DNA of 64,000 bases from Ylistrum balloti (Eukaryota). Positions 1-13,142 of this stretch are shown in pieces (position 1 is the stretch's first letter; each line of letters starts with the position of its first letter). The stretch covers positions 1,364,001 through 1,428,000 of the forward strand of contig NW_026782356.1 of assembly GCF_031769215.1 (NCBI RefSeq), written 5' to 3'. The position numbers and the translations under genes are program-made. The notes beneath the pieces were generated by a model. The model had not been told where the DNA came from. It worked only from the letters and a program-made list of their open reading frames with translations, and searched no databases.

Positions 1-2249
1 AACAATTAATATATTTTGTGCTACACAGAGTATGTTTATCTATAAGTCATTTTTGCTAACAATAAATTAAACATTTTTGTTGTCGCTTACAATTACAAGT
101 ACACATGAACTTGATCATCCATGGATTTCTACTATATATGTACTTTTTTCGGCGGGGGTGGTTTTTTGAAGAAATTGGATCGGTTTGGAATCTATTTTTT
201 CTCACGTGGACCTGTCTTTACCCTGTATAACAATTAATCGAATATATAGAATGTGTATATAGGTACTGTACATATATATGCACATGATAAATGTATCAAA
301 ATATATTTATTTATGTGGTGATATGGAGAAAATAACATTTACTTCAACCAAAAATATGATTAGACTAAGTCACTAAGTCAGAGTCTTGCCGGTGTTAACC
401 ATACATTATAGTACAGAGAGGTATATAATACCCTGTATATGCATACAGGTTAAAGTGAAAATCCTTTTATCTTGTGAATAATTTAGTGAAATTTGATGGC
501 TGAAATAATACAAATTTGAGATTTCCTTGTGATAATGTCCTTCGTGATGAATAGTAGTATATTTCTATACATCAATATGTTGTATCATTTTTTGTTGCAC
601 TTTTCGTTGTTTCGTATGAAAATGATGTGTCACAATCTTCCTCATTAAAAAGCCTTTGATAGTCTATATACAATTATATATAGTTTACTTACAACTATGC
701 TATATACTAAGATAAAAAGGAAATTCTACAACACGAAGACTTTTGTGTGGAAATTTTCTACGTTTCGGCCTCTATGCGACCGTCATTAGGACAAAATCTT
801 ATTGTGAAAAAACATCTAAGGTATGAAAATGCGGTACATTAAACATTATGACGTCATAATAAAGCTGATGTACAACAACTATTATAGTTTAAATATTCTT
901 ATTCATAATCTAGAAGATCCCATACACACTATGTACACTGATTGTTCGGTTTTGAAAGGTGATCGGAAGTTCATCCTGTACATCTGTGGAATGGCTATAG
1001 AAGCTCTCATTCATGGATGATGTGTGGCATTCATTTACACATAGGTGGTCACTGTAGATGTTCAAGTTAGAGTTTCCATCTTCCGAGTCGGAGAAATATA
1101 AATCTTCTGCTAATGTGTTTATACAAATAGGTTCCCATATAATACGCTTCTGTGGGTTGGTGTTAGCTGATACTAAGCTAGAAGGGATAACAGGCTTCTA
1201 TATGTTGTATGTAATTTTTACGAAAATTAAGCCTTAAGGTTTATTTCATAGTAATTCCCCTTCCTCGCCTTAATGTATTGTTCAATCTGTACAAAGTGTA
1301 ATTGTCTTTCGTACGACACCTGTCCTAATATATATTAAACATCCATTTACCAGGATTAGGTACTTTCAATTTTATGCCATTTCCATTTGTCAACCATTCC
1401 AAAGATATCACAGGCAGATTTCTAGATAGAACTTCACATCTAATTGTCTTCTGTTTTGCGTTAAGTGCATTTTAATGGGTTTTGTTTTGAGATTTTGTTG
1501 TCATATTTCAAGTTATCATTTTCGTTTTTCTTGTTTTTCCCCAGTAAAGGAGATTGGCTAAACATGTATTATCCTTTTTAAGTAAAGTCTATTATTATTA
1601 TTATTATATTTTAATCTAAAAATGATAAAGTTAAAAGGTATCTTATGAAGAAATACTCAAGTCCCTTCTATCTGCTTGTTGGTTCTAAGATTCACTTCCT
1701 GAAGAGTTATTCAGTTCCCTCCAGGATTATAACACATAAGCATTGTAATCAAACAGTCATCCCCTATGGTATCCATTACTTGACCATGTGCATATGAATA
1801 TCTATAAATAAAAAGTCGACATGAATTTATTTATCAACGTAAAACACTTCCTTATTTTCAAACTTTTTCTTAACCACAATTGAGTCAGGGGTTATGAACT
1901 GTATTAGTACATCTTAGTGTTTCTTCTAAAGCTTAGCATAAAACGTTAGTCTTGTGCATGCTATTTTCACTAATGTTGTTTCAAGAAGGAAAAAACACTA
2001 AAGATAGGTGAAAATGATAAGTATATATTACTGTAATAAAACATACAGATTGTATTTACTTGTTTTTTTTTATATTCTATTAGACGAGCTATTACAAAGC
2101 ACAATCAGTACTAATCATGCAGCAGATTCCACACACTTCCAAACAATAGTACTTGGCACAGCTTTTAAGTGTAACATGCCGAGTAAATCACAAAACCATA
2201 AAATATCTAAAACTGGAACCAAATCATATCTACAGTAAATGTTTTGTAG

Positions 2250-2830
2250 TTCTAGGCCCAGAAAAGGTCCCAAAACTAGACATTGTATGTACTTCTAAAG
2301 CCTGAGGAAGGTCCCAAATTAAAGAGCTTTTATGTAATTAAAACAAAGGTCATTTCATGTACAATTAGTTCTAAGCCTGGAACTAGTTCCTACATAAAAT
2401 GTGTATTTTACAGGTCCCCAAAACTAAAATACATTCACTGTACAGTGTACATGTAGATTCTGTGGCAGATCCCATAACTGAAGTATATTTTATGTACTAC
2501 CAGGCTCTGGGAAGGTTCTGAAACTTCAGTGCAAACAATGTACTTCCATACCTGGGGAAATTCCCGGAACTAAAATATATTTTATGTACCTCCAGGCCTG
2601 GGGAAGGTTCCAAAACTAAACAATACTATATTTATGTACTTCTAAACCTGAGAATGTTCACAAATTTGAAGTACATCTTAAGTAGTTCTATGCTGGATCA
2701 TGAGACAGGTACCAAAACTGAAGTATATCTGATGTAGACCTAAGACCGAGACAGGTCTCAAAACTGGAGGACATTTTTGTAGGTCTATGTCTAATCATAA
2801 GGCTGATCCTAAACCTAAAGTATATTTCAT
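2250..2830. repeat. Degenerate tandem repeat, ~55-bp units
   Basis: Recurring motif tatattttatgtac...gg(aa)ggttcc..aaactaaa/gaagta seen about 9-10 times with heavy divergence; boundaries approximate. Confidence 0.6.
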
Positions 2831-4050
2831 GTAATTTTAATCCTTATGCAAGTTGGAACCAAATTCTACTGTTGATGTAAGCGTGAAGCAAGTCCCAGAC
2901 GAAAGAAAACACATACATGTAGCTCATGGTTGATTGTGAAAGTCATACCTGAACACTACCATGATAGAACTTTTTATACAGAGGAATCAAATTCAATATT
3001 GATGTTCTGACCACAAGTGGACATACAGCTCAAGAAAAAGCCTTTTCTCAACACAACTTTCTGTTAAACAGTGACAATTTTTTTTTTTAATGCAGCATAG
3101 ATTTTCACATCCTATAGTTATAACTACCTTGCCTGCTCTGCATGCTAAAGATTGTTTAGTCTCTTTAATATCATTTACTGGCTATGACAGTTAATCTGTG
3201 TTGCACACAAGTACCAACTTTGTAGCTGATATCAAAAACGTTTAATTACCATTGCTCTCAAATAAAAACATTTTTGTTCCAGGCAGCAGATATATACAAC
3301 AATGTATGTTTCACTAGTAATAAAATACCTACAATATCTGTTTCGACAAAACATGCCCAAATCATTAAATTTAACAACATATTTTAATTACTGATTAAGA
3401 GACATTTTACAACTGTGTCCTTACAGTTGATTTTTGGCCCCTTTATCACACAATAACACATATTGTAGCACATGATGTAATGATTGAGTTTGTGGCATCA
3501 AATCACATAACAAGAGATGCTGGTTGCCACATCTATGAGAGATGTACGATATTACACCACGTTATGTAATCAAAACAAGTGGCATCATTTCAAGTAATGA
3601 AATATGTGGCACCATATCGCATAACAAATGTTTGGTACCAATGAGATGTGTGGCAGCAACTTACATATACAATGCATGTGGTGCCATTTGACATAATGTC
3701 TTATGTTTGGCACCAGTTTACATAGTGACGGATAAATTGAGCCACATGGTCATGAAATACTGATAACCAATGTGTGGCACTTTATTCTTCTTCTATCTCG
3801 CACAACACAACATAAATAAACATATTTTCTGTCTTCTCATTGATAGTAATACACAAATTAGTCCACATGGACATCAGCTGTTGTATCCCAGTAGTCCACA
3901 GCATTGTTTTCTGACTAGACTTGCTGGTCCTACACAAGGCTCCTATTTCTCAGCACACATTTCCTGTGTGAAAGTAGTTTCTTACCTACTCTTCTTGTGT
4001 TATAGACAATGTTTGAAATTTAATCATTTCTTCAACATCTATACACTACA

Positions 4051-7000
4051 TCACGGAACAGGAGCGTTGGCTTTGCGCAGTGCTAGACATCCTGTTACCA
4101 GATCATTAGGCATCAATTTCAGACGAGAGTATTCTTCTGCTGTGGTATACCTCAGCTTAGTTTCTGGATCTCTATATAATGCCTGGAATTGGAATAATTC
4201 AGCGGTCTGTGAAAACCTTTAAACTCCAATGGAGAAATCATATTTGATATCCTTCAAAGAATGACTTCTCAGAAATTCAATAGGTTTATTGGATTAAATA
4301 AGCACCCCTTCATGCCATTTAATTATTTGATTCTCTCCAATGATGAAAGTCTTATAGTAGGCAGTACTTTCCTTTCTAAGTAGAATAATTGTACATCTTC
4401 TCCTGGATGTCTCAGTCATTACATTTTACAATTTTGCATCATGTTTCCAACTATCAAATAAGTCAAATGTATTTTTTTTGTCTTATTCTGATAAGAGTCA
4501 CCTCTTTCTTGATTTTCTAAGAGCCCTTGGCATATGCAACATTACTACACTTTAAGTAATAATGAATGAAGCCTTTATCCAGTATAATCAACTTAGTTAC
4601 CCAAAAAAGGAAAAGTAATAGAGTATATGACATGCATGTAATTTTTGCATAAAAAAGAAAGAGAAATTGTTAAATTGTTGAACATTTGTGTTAAGAATTT
4701 AAACAATACCTACATGAATCTGCCAAAACCAGATGTTTTAAATACTTAAAACGTCAAATATAAGTACTACGCTTTTAATAACATAGATTATATCTTCATA
4801 GATCTGATTCAAATCTTTCAAATCTAATTAAGCATCAAAATAATCAATTTTGAAGAAAAATTACTAGGTAACTAGATTTAAATTTATAGATAATATACTT
4901 ACAGGTAGACCTGATATGTCAGAGTATTTCTTAGCTGGTTTAAAAGATGGAGGTGCCTCAATAGACCCATCTGAAAATAAAATTCATCTTGTGTAATAAA
5001 TATATTGCCTCTCTTTTACTTCTATTTCAAATAAAAATATGAAAAAAAACTATGGAGACATATCTTAAATTTTACATCATAACAACTTCAACAATATAAA
5101 TGGAGAACTCAAAGTTTTCTATTTGAAAACAGTCATCTTGTGTTGTTCTTTCTGTTACTGAATGGTAATTTTATTCCAGGACTGTAAAATGGAAACATTA
5201 ATATTTCCTTTGACAGAGTCATGTATCAGGATAATTTTACTATGTATTAAAGTTTGTACCAGACATTGCTTGATACACATTTAGTTCTGGTATTCACTAG
5301 TTTATATCTAGAATGAGTGAACATTTGAAATCCAAACAGACACATACATCAAATGTTGTATTTCATGAATATATATTTCATTACCTCTTCCAATTCTCTT
5401 GAATTTTTATTGATATCAAAACAATTAACTTACATGTCACATCATCTGGTTTCCACGGTAACAACTTTTCAGCAGCAACAATTTGTTTTAAATTTTTCCA
5501 AACTCTTGTTCTTTTACTGGTGGCTGCTGTGCCTTTACTGGAATGCTGGATTAATTATAATAAAACAACCAATGAAATTTATTCACCTTTCAGATGACTT
5601 ACATAGGTAAAATCAGAACTCAAACTGACATAACTGGACATCAGTAAACACCAAACCATACCACAGTGGGTTGTATATCTTACAAGTTCAAAAACTTTAA
5701 GACAATATTCTGAAATAACTCCATCTGCCATATATCAAAATAACAATATGAGACATTTGAAACATAGGATAAAAGTAACTTAACCAATACTTGTGTGTAA
5801 AATGTACACTGTGTATCTGTTCAGATTTTAATCTTTCTTCACCCTGAAAATATCAGTTCTCCTTATCCAATCTTTTAATAGCAGTACACTTGTATGATTG
5901 AATATTGCGCAATTGTGCATATCTTATCTGACAGTACATACAACAACATAGCAGAAAGGTACAAATGCATAATGAAATTGCATAATTCTAAAATTTGATT
6001 ACAATAAGCAGATCAATATTACAGACTGAAGAAACAAAAGGCAGAAAAAGAATTAGTAGAAATTGAAACCCTACATATAGCAGTCTCAATATTGTCTGTG
6101 ATTGGAGATTTGTTAAGTATATGCCATTCAAAATCAAAATTTGCCTTGGCTTTTGCCTTACTGAATTTCCTTGCTGAAATTTTCATACATGTAATGCACC
6201 TGTATGTGTGAACATGACCTGACAGAATAGATACTCTATTGGCATCAGAATTGTTTTATATTGTTTAACATCCTATCAACCTTTTTCAATGTCGTTTAAG
6301 GACATGTGAGGTCAGTTTTGTGTAAGCCCCCTTGTGAGAGTATGGAACTGAAGCCAAGTTTAAAGTGTTTCCACTGAGGGATACTGCCAAAGGCATCCAG
6401 TAGAACACCCAAACTGGCCACATTATGAAGAATCTTAAAGTGTCATCACTAAATGCTTCTGAAGAGTATAACTGTAATAGTAAATCCAGTCTTTATCATA
6501 CATGCTGTAATATCCAAAATCATTACTTCAAACATATTCCAAAACTATCTATAAAGCAACTAGGGACCATGCCCAACTCACTAATGAAGGTCATGTTTTG
6601 GTACCATCACCTTTTCAGCGGGATAGCAATAAAGATATTATTGACATTGATAAAAAAATGTCTCTTGTCTTCATTGATTTACCAACATGTACTATCAGCT
6701 TGGTGAGGTCTCTACATTGATTAGGAGAACACATAATTGTATAACACACACATATTGATGACCAAACTCTGTTTATGTTTAAAAGGATTTCAGTCGTTCC
6801 CTGGACATAAAACAACAGATTTTTGTCTTATTAAATAGTGCAAAAAGTATTTATGTAAGGTATAATTTAAAGTTATGAACTTTGTTATTCTATAACAATT
6901 ATGAAATAATCAATAATATGTTTATCTAAGAAGAAAGCAAAGCATAAAAAAGGCCTAGAACAGGACCTCCAAACTAAGATACACATATACATTGACACTA

Positions 7001-8541
7001 TAAAATTGAGCTTTAAATGCTTAATCTGATTTTAGTGTTACCTTTAGAAATTTGCCAATTGAATTTTACACAATAAGTGCAATAGAGCACAATTACCACG
7101 AAATTTGGATCCTTGAAAACAGGAATTTTATCAGCTGTTTCTCCTGTATAGGTAGACGGACTATCTTCAGCAGTTTCTCCTGACATAACTACCTCCTCTA
7201 TGGTATCCTGTGGGGTCATCACACCCGACGAGGGCTGCCAAAAAAAAAATATCAATCAACATATAGCTCAAATCAACAGCAAAATCTAAACATTTCACCA
7301 ACTTTGAGAGTGAAAAAGCATGCATCTGTGACATAATGTACTTTCATCAGTTTTACATTCAAAGACAGTGTAATGAACATTTCTTTGGGAGTTAACAAAA
7401 GTTATATAAGTAGAGGCAGAGACCTAAATCTATGTAAGTCTGTCATACAGGTAACCCTTTTTTAAAATCATCTGAAAAATTATATGTCTCCAAGAATCAT
7501 ATACAAAAATAAAATTATGTCTTCTTAGGGGATAATGACTTCCATCACAATTGATGATTTTAGTCATGCACTTTGTCTTAAGGGTTTTTTTTCTGTTTCT
7601 TTTTAGTAAAACTATACATGAATTACGAAGCCTAATTGTTGAAGAAGGTGCTGAATATATATGTTACTGGGAAAGCATTTTTAAAGGAGTCCATGGTTTC
7701 TGAGTAAAAGGAAGATAGTTCCATATTTACCTATAAAACATGTAAAGCATATATTAACACAATATCAAAATTTAAATTTTAGTACAGTGCATATATGATG
7801 TACATTGAAGATGTTGTTGTCGGTTCTGTTTTAAACTTATAGAAGAATTCTTGGTTTTTTTTTTTTTTTCTTTCTAGTGAGTGTCCAAAGTGTCTTCGAA
7901 GGCATTTAGATTTGATGCAGATACTACACGACACCAGGTTTTCTTACTGTTATTAGTGAGAATTTTAAAGCGTTTTCCCATTTATATTGCAGATGTCTGT
8001 CGCCTGGGGTATATTTTCTTGGGGTTTCCTCTTCCGCCTTTTCATTGCGAGGCTCCCTCCAATAGTACAACAACACGACAGCATCCTTTTGTTTACTCCT
8101 ATGTCATTCCTAGTATTCGGGAGTGTGCCAATCCTGGTGAAATGCACATCATCTGACACAGTAATTAACAGTCATACCGTTTCTCTTTGTTTTCCAACAA
8201 GTCTTAACAAAACATATTGCCGTCTGTATGCAGGCCCGTCCCGATTTCTGCAAGACATTCTCATATGTCAACTAATCGACTGGTCCGCATAGATGAAATC
8301 GGTCTAAAGTAAAAGTCGATTCGTCAAAACTGGAGACCCTATACTCAAGAAGTGGTCCATTTATTCGATTCAGTCGAAGTAAGACAAGACAACTACTTAG
8401 TCAGCTATATTTTGGTTTCATAATTGCAATGATATAAAAATATGAAGATATTACCGTCACTGGACGTTTTTTCTTTGCTGGAGTTGTAGCGGGGCTTGCA
8501 TTTTTACTCTTCGCTGGTTTTCTGTTTCTGGTTGACGCCAT
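4051..8541 (-). CDS. INO80C: INO80 complex subunit C (Ies6 homolog), 178 aa, 5 coding exons
   Basis: Exons (minus) 8541-8455, 7234-7097, 5545-5434, 4970-4903, 4182-4051; all GT-AG, 537 nt in one frame. Translation MASTRNRKPAKSKNASPATTPAKKKRPVTPSS...PVFKDPNFVHSS...RVWKNLKQIVAAEKLLPWKPDDVTYGSIEAPPSFKPAKKYSDISGLPALYRDPETKLRYTTAEEYSRLKLMPNDLVTGCLALRKANAPVP* matches the conserved Ies6/INO80C YL1_C motifs (FKDPNF, WKNLKQI, SIxAPPSFKPAKKYSD, YxDP..KLR, LALRKA). Confidence 0.96.
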
Positions 8542-8730
8542 GTTGATTCTGAGACGAAAGTGATCAAGGGACGTAACTGCGGTAATTTAAGGGAACCTCA
8601 GTCGTTGCTTGTCTATTTATCTTGGGCTTGATGAGATTTTTATAGACGTACATTACTATTTTAAGTACATTCATTGGTCCAAGATTAAATTATTTTTTCA
8701 CTAAATATTGTTATGATTGGTATTGGAATT
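8530..8730 (-). promoter_or_regulatory. Putative INO80C housekeeping-type promoter
   Basis: YY1-like AACATGGCG overlaps the start codon on the minus strand; CCAAT boxes on the minus strand near 8672-8725; CpG density rises here relative to the gene body. Function is inferred. Confidence 0.4.
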
Positions 8731-9016
8731 CGAAATAATTAAAATCACATCTACGATGGTCTATTTAAATATATCACAAAAATGTACATGTTATATATAT
8801 TATCAGTTCAGCGAGTAAATCATAACTTCAGGAATACTTTTCTCTCTGGATTTTATCTTTCATTTTTGTTATATCATTGAGCAAAACAGTAACATCGCTT
8901 ATTTTGTGGAATTTAATTATATACGATCGGGTGATATTTCAGTTGTAACAATAGCTCAAATACGCTTTTTGTCTTCAAAAAATATCTAAAGTGAACAGAA
9001 AGTATTTGTCACAAAA

Positions 9017-9360
9017 GTTAGCGAGATCAATTAGCAAAGTGCACTCATATAATAAAATGTGGTGTTTTTAATCATAAGATATTGTTGAACTAATTCTATA
9101 AAGCTAAATGACATCACAAATTCGACAGAATTAGATGTTCTAACGCTAATTCTATAAAGCTAAATGACATCACAAATTCGACAGAATTAGATGTTCTAAC
9201 GCTAATTCTATAAAGATAAACGATATGACGAATTCGACAGAATTAGATGTTCTAACGCTAATTCTATAAAGATAAACGACATGACGAATTCGTTAGAATT
9301 AAATTATCGCTAACTTGAAAATGTTAATTCTACAGAGATAAATGATGACACGAATTTGTT
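9017..9360. repeat. 56-bp tandem array (~4-5 copies) bracketed by a 10-bp inverted repeat; possibly a non-autonomous Helentron/HINE-like element
   Basis: Unit aattctataaagctaaatgacatcacaaattcgacagaattagatgttctaacgct starts at 9092, 9148, 9204, 9260; aagttagcga (~9017) is mirrored by tcgctaactt (~9307-9316). The array is certain; the HINE assignment is inference. Confidence 0.75.
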
Positions 9361-10808
9361 AAAACATATTGTATTGTCGTTAAAGGATTGGGCACAAGTT
9401 ACATGAATTCATTGTAAGGTTTCTTCTACATAAACGGTTGAGATCTTTACTTCTAATACACGAAGGTGACATCGTTATCGCTATGAATATTCAAACACTA
9501 TACAATGTCGATAGATAGAACAAGAAATATCAAACCTGACTCAAATTACATTCTACAGTGTTTTTGAAACAAAATTATTGATATCACATTCGAATGAATA
9601 GAAAACTAAGCCCCATAGTGTTATATTCCATATAGTAACGATTATTTAATATGGATGAATTATGTTATTTACCATTTTGGTAGGTTTTGTTAGGTTGTCA
9701 TCACACACCGGTATTCGATGTAGGTAGATGTCTGTTGAATTGTGATTTTATTTATTGAGTTTTAAATGTAATTGTGAATTCTGGAAGATAGCGTGATATC
9801 TGAATCGGTGCGATCAATAACTTGACAGAGTCATGTTAATGTATAACATATTTAATTTAGCATACTCTCATATCAGAATCAGTGATATCATTTTTATGGT
9901 ATCGCGATACGCTCTATCTATTGGTATCACGTTACGATATTTTGGAACATTTACTTCAGGTTGGTAATGTCAATAGAATATATGTTTTATACAACACAAC
10001 CAGCAAAAGCTTAAAGTGTCATGTTTCGATGACTACAAGGTCACATTCAATGAACTAGTGACCAGTGCGTGTCGTACCAGCACTGACTTGTGTAGTGAAC
10101 AATAGAACTCCGCTTAGTTACTTAAGAAATTATAATTAATAATGCTACACATAAAATGATTTAGAGTAAACTTTTTATTTAGACTATTGCAGGTTGATAT
10201 GTTTATAAGTTTTATCAGAAAAAAAATGCAGAACACGTCACAATGCAAATAAGATAAAAATCCCCATATAATAATATGATCAATGAAATAATAGCGACAG
10301 TACAGACAAGCGAATTGTCAAATGTTCGAGGCAACCTGCCCCTTTACCAATGTAACGTAATACAGTGGTTAACTATACATAGTGCTATAAGCAGTACCTG
10401 GCATTAATTAATATAATGCTTTGGTTCGGTTCAGATACCATACAGTTCCTGTGTATAGTAGTAGGTTCGTACATAGAACTGTATATACTGGTGTTGAGTA
10501 AAGAATAAATAAATGGCTCACAGTCAACACGAGTGTGTCGTCTCTCCGGGCTGGTCCTTACAAGACTGAACCCTCACAACGTGTTGAGAACACGTAACAA
10601 CCAATACACAAATATTACGTAAATTACATTACATACATGGAACATAAAATAAATACAAAGTTATAAATCTAAATCGAGAGCGGTAGTGTAAAAGGTGTCT
10701 CGTTAATCCCTTCGGCCGGTGGACGCCGAAGGCCCTTTATAACGGACAAAAAGCCATCCCACGTTGTTGTATGGAAGATGGCGATTAAAATATCAGAAAT
10801 GTTTTATA

Positions 10809-13095
10809 TCAATCTCGGTATGTTCTGCACCCCAGACACTGAGTGCATATGTGATCGCAACGAAAACAATTGCATGTCACACTCCGAGGAAAGTAGTCTA
10901 CCGGTACATCTCGGCCACATTCTAAATGAGGAATTGTTTGATCAAAAATAAGAAAATTTATTGTTTAAAAATAACAAATGCATGTGAAGTTACAATAAAA
11001 AGTAAATTGATAAAAAAAAAAGCATCAGTTAAATGCACAAATTATTTTGAATATGGTCAAATAGTCCTCAGATTCGTCTACTCGAAAAGTCGCCCCATAA
11101 AATTGAAAATATCCGGACTAGAGTCAATAAACGGCGCCAATCTCAAATAGGAAAGAAAGCAGAAATCGTAACTGGATAAATAAACAGTGCAAGAAATAGA
11201 GCAAGTATGCTTTCTTTCCTTTCCGCTTTTTTTCTGAAAGGGGGCATATATATGGTATATGGACATTTACCCAGACACCAGGTTTTATGTCCGCAAATTA
11301 TGTCTACTATTTTCTTCTGCAGATTGATAAGACACCAGATTAACGTAATACGTCCATCAGGATGAATCTTGTAGTAATACAGATATAGATTTTTCCCTAT
11401 ACATACACGTATATGACGAGTAGTTTATCATGCAAATTGCTTCATACAACTTGTTTCGTCTTTTTCTTTTAGTTTAATCATATTTTATTGCCAAAATAAA
11501 TTTGAACAAGGGAATTGGACACAAGTTATTACAACTTATTGGAGGCCTCTCCCATCATACATTTTCAAATACATGCTTATAAAGAGATAGACTTAAACAT
11601 AAATTATACATATTAAGCATTCACACACAGACATAAATACATCATCGTATAAGAATCTTTTAAAACCTTTTGCTGGTTTTTAATGAAATTTTGCACATGT
11701 GTAAAGACAAAATAGTTAAGGTCCTCAGAAAGATCAATACTACCAAATAAAAGAAGCTCTAAATTCAAATCTACTTATAATTCAGCCAGATTTTGAAACA
11801 AAGTGCGTCTTTCATTTCTGAAAGTTTGACACTCAAAGAAGAAGTGAAAGGCATTCTCACAAGGATGTCCACAGGAGCACACTGGATTTTCAGCAAGATT
11901 TACTCGATAAAGATCGTATTTAAGGGAACTACAACTGTGTCTAAGTTTAGTATGTATTATGTTTAACTTTCGTTCACCATAACTAAAACAGATAGGTGGG
12001 GATTGTTGTGTATTTAAAGTAAGTGAGGTTTTTAAACAAATTTATAAAAGGCAGTGACCGTACAGAGAAATCTAACAAATTCCAGCTATGAAGCGTAGAA
12101 GGTATAAAAGAGAGGTTTTTAAGAGAAAGCCCAAATAGAGGAACTCTATAATCATTGTTATTTCTAAGATTGTACCGGTTATTATCTGCAACTATAGGTG
12201 GCAAGTCTTTTTCTGCGGGAGCGCATTTAGGACATGAAAGTAGTTTTATCTGTCATGGCGAAAATAACAATCTGCCAGTACAGAATTCCAAAATGCACAA
12301 ACATAAAGCAATCTGCCCGCGGAAAATAATAATCTGTCATGCAAATTTAAAATCTGCCTAAAGAAAATAATTAAATCTGTCCGAGCAGATAATGAATGTA
12401 ATCGGACAGGTTGTTAATCTGCCAGGGCAAATCGAGATTCTGCCCGGGCAGAAAAAAGTTATTTCACTATCGTGTTCTAAATGCGAATCAAGGTACCTCT
12501 ACCCCTGAATGGTAGAAAGCTAATACCAAGTTCTTCTTATACTGCCCGGGCAGATTTAAATTGTTTTGACTGGACAGATTAATATTTTGCCAGGACAGAA
12601 AGAAAATATTTTTCTATCCTTTCCTAACTCCTAAATTACACTTCCGTATTTTTCAAACCGTTCCATCGTAAAAAATCAATAATTTACAGCAGTTTTGAAA
12701 TATGTAGAGGACTACCTCCAGGTTCTGACAACACTAGTTGTAGTCCCGAGCCTGTTATGACATACTTAGGTAAAGGCTGAAAATCTGGAAAAAAAAAAAA
12801 ACAGACAGCCAAAATCATGCACAGGATTATCCAAAGCAGCACAAGTCTATATCTTCTTAATAGAAATTAATTTACACAACAATATATATAAACTTAAAAA
12901 ACTGGAAAACACGATGAGCTTATAAATATATATATATATAAAGAAAATTGTTTTAAAAAAAACACAAGAAAAAGTTAAGTTAGTATTTTCCATAACGTTT
13001 TCACAGCTTAGCTGCTCCTCAGTGCAACTTTTTCTGTGTGTGTGTTTAACAATTTTCTTTATATTATCACTTGCGTATCGTAACTATATAACTAT

Positions 13096-13142
<47 letters not shown>

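Noticed and set aside
3770-4222. 150-aa plus-strand ORF
   Set aside because: Antisense to the last INO80C exon; no recognisable domain.
5790-5850. Possible extra INO80C exon (ttttcag|GGTGAAGAA...|gtattg)
   Set aside because: The five-exon model already gives a contiguous conserved protein (FKDPNFV-HSS); inserting this segment breaks homology.
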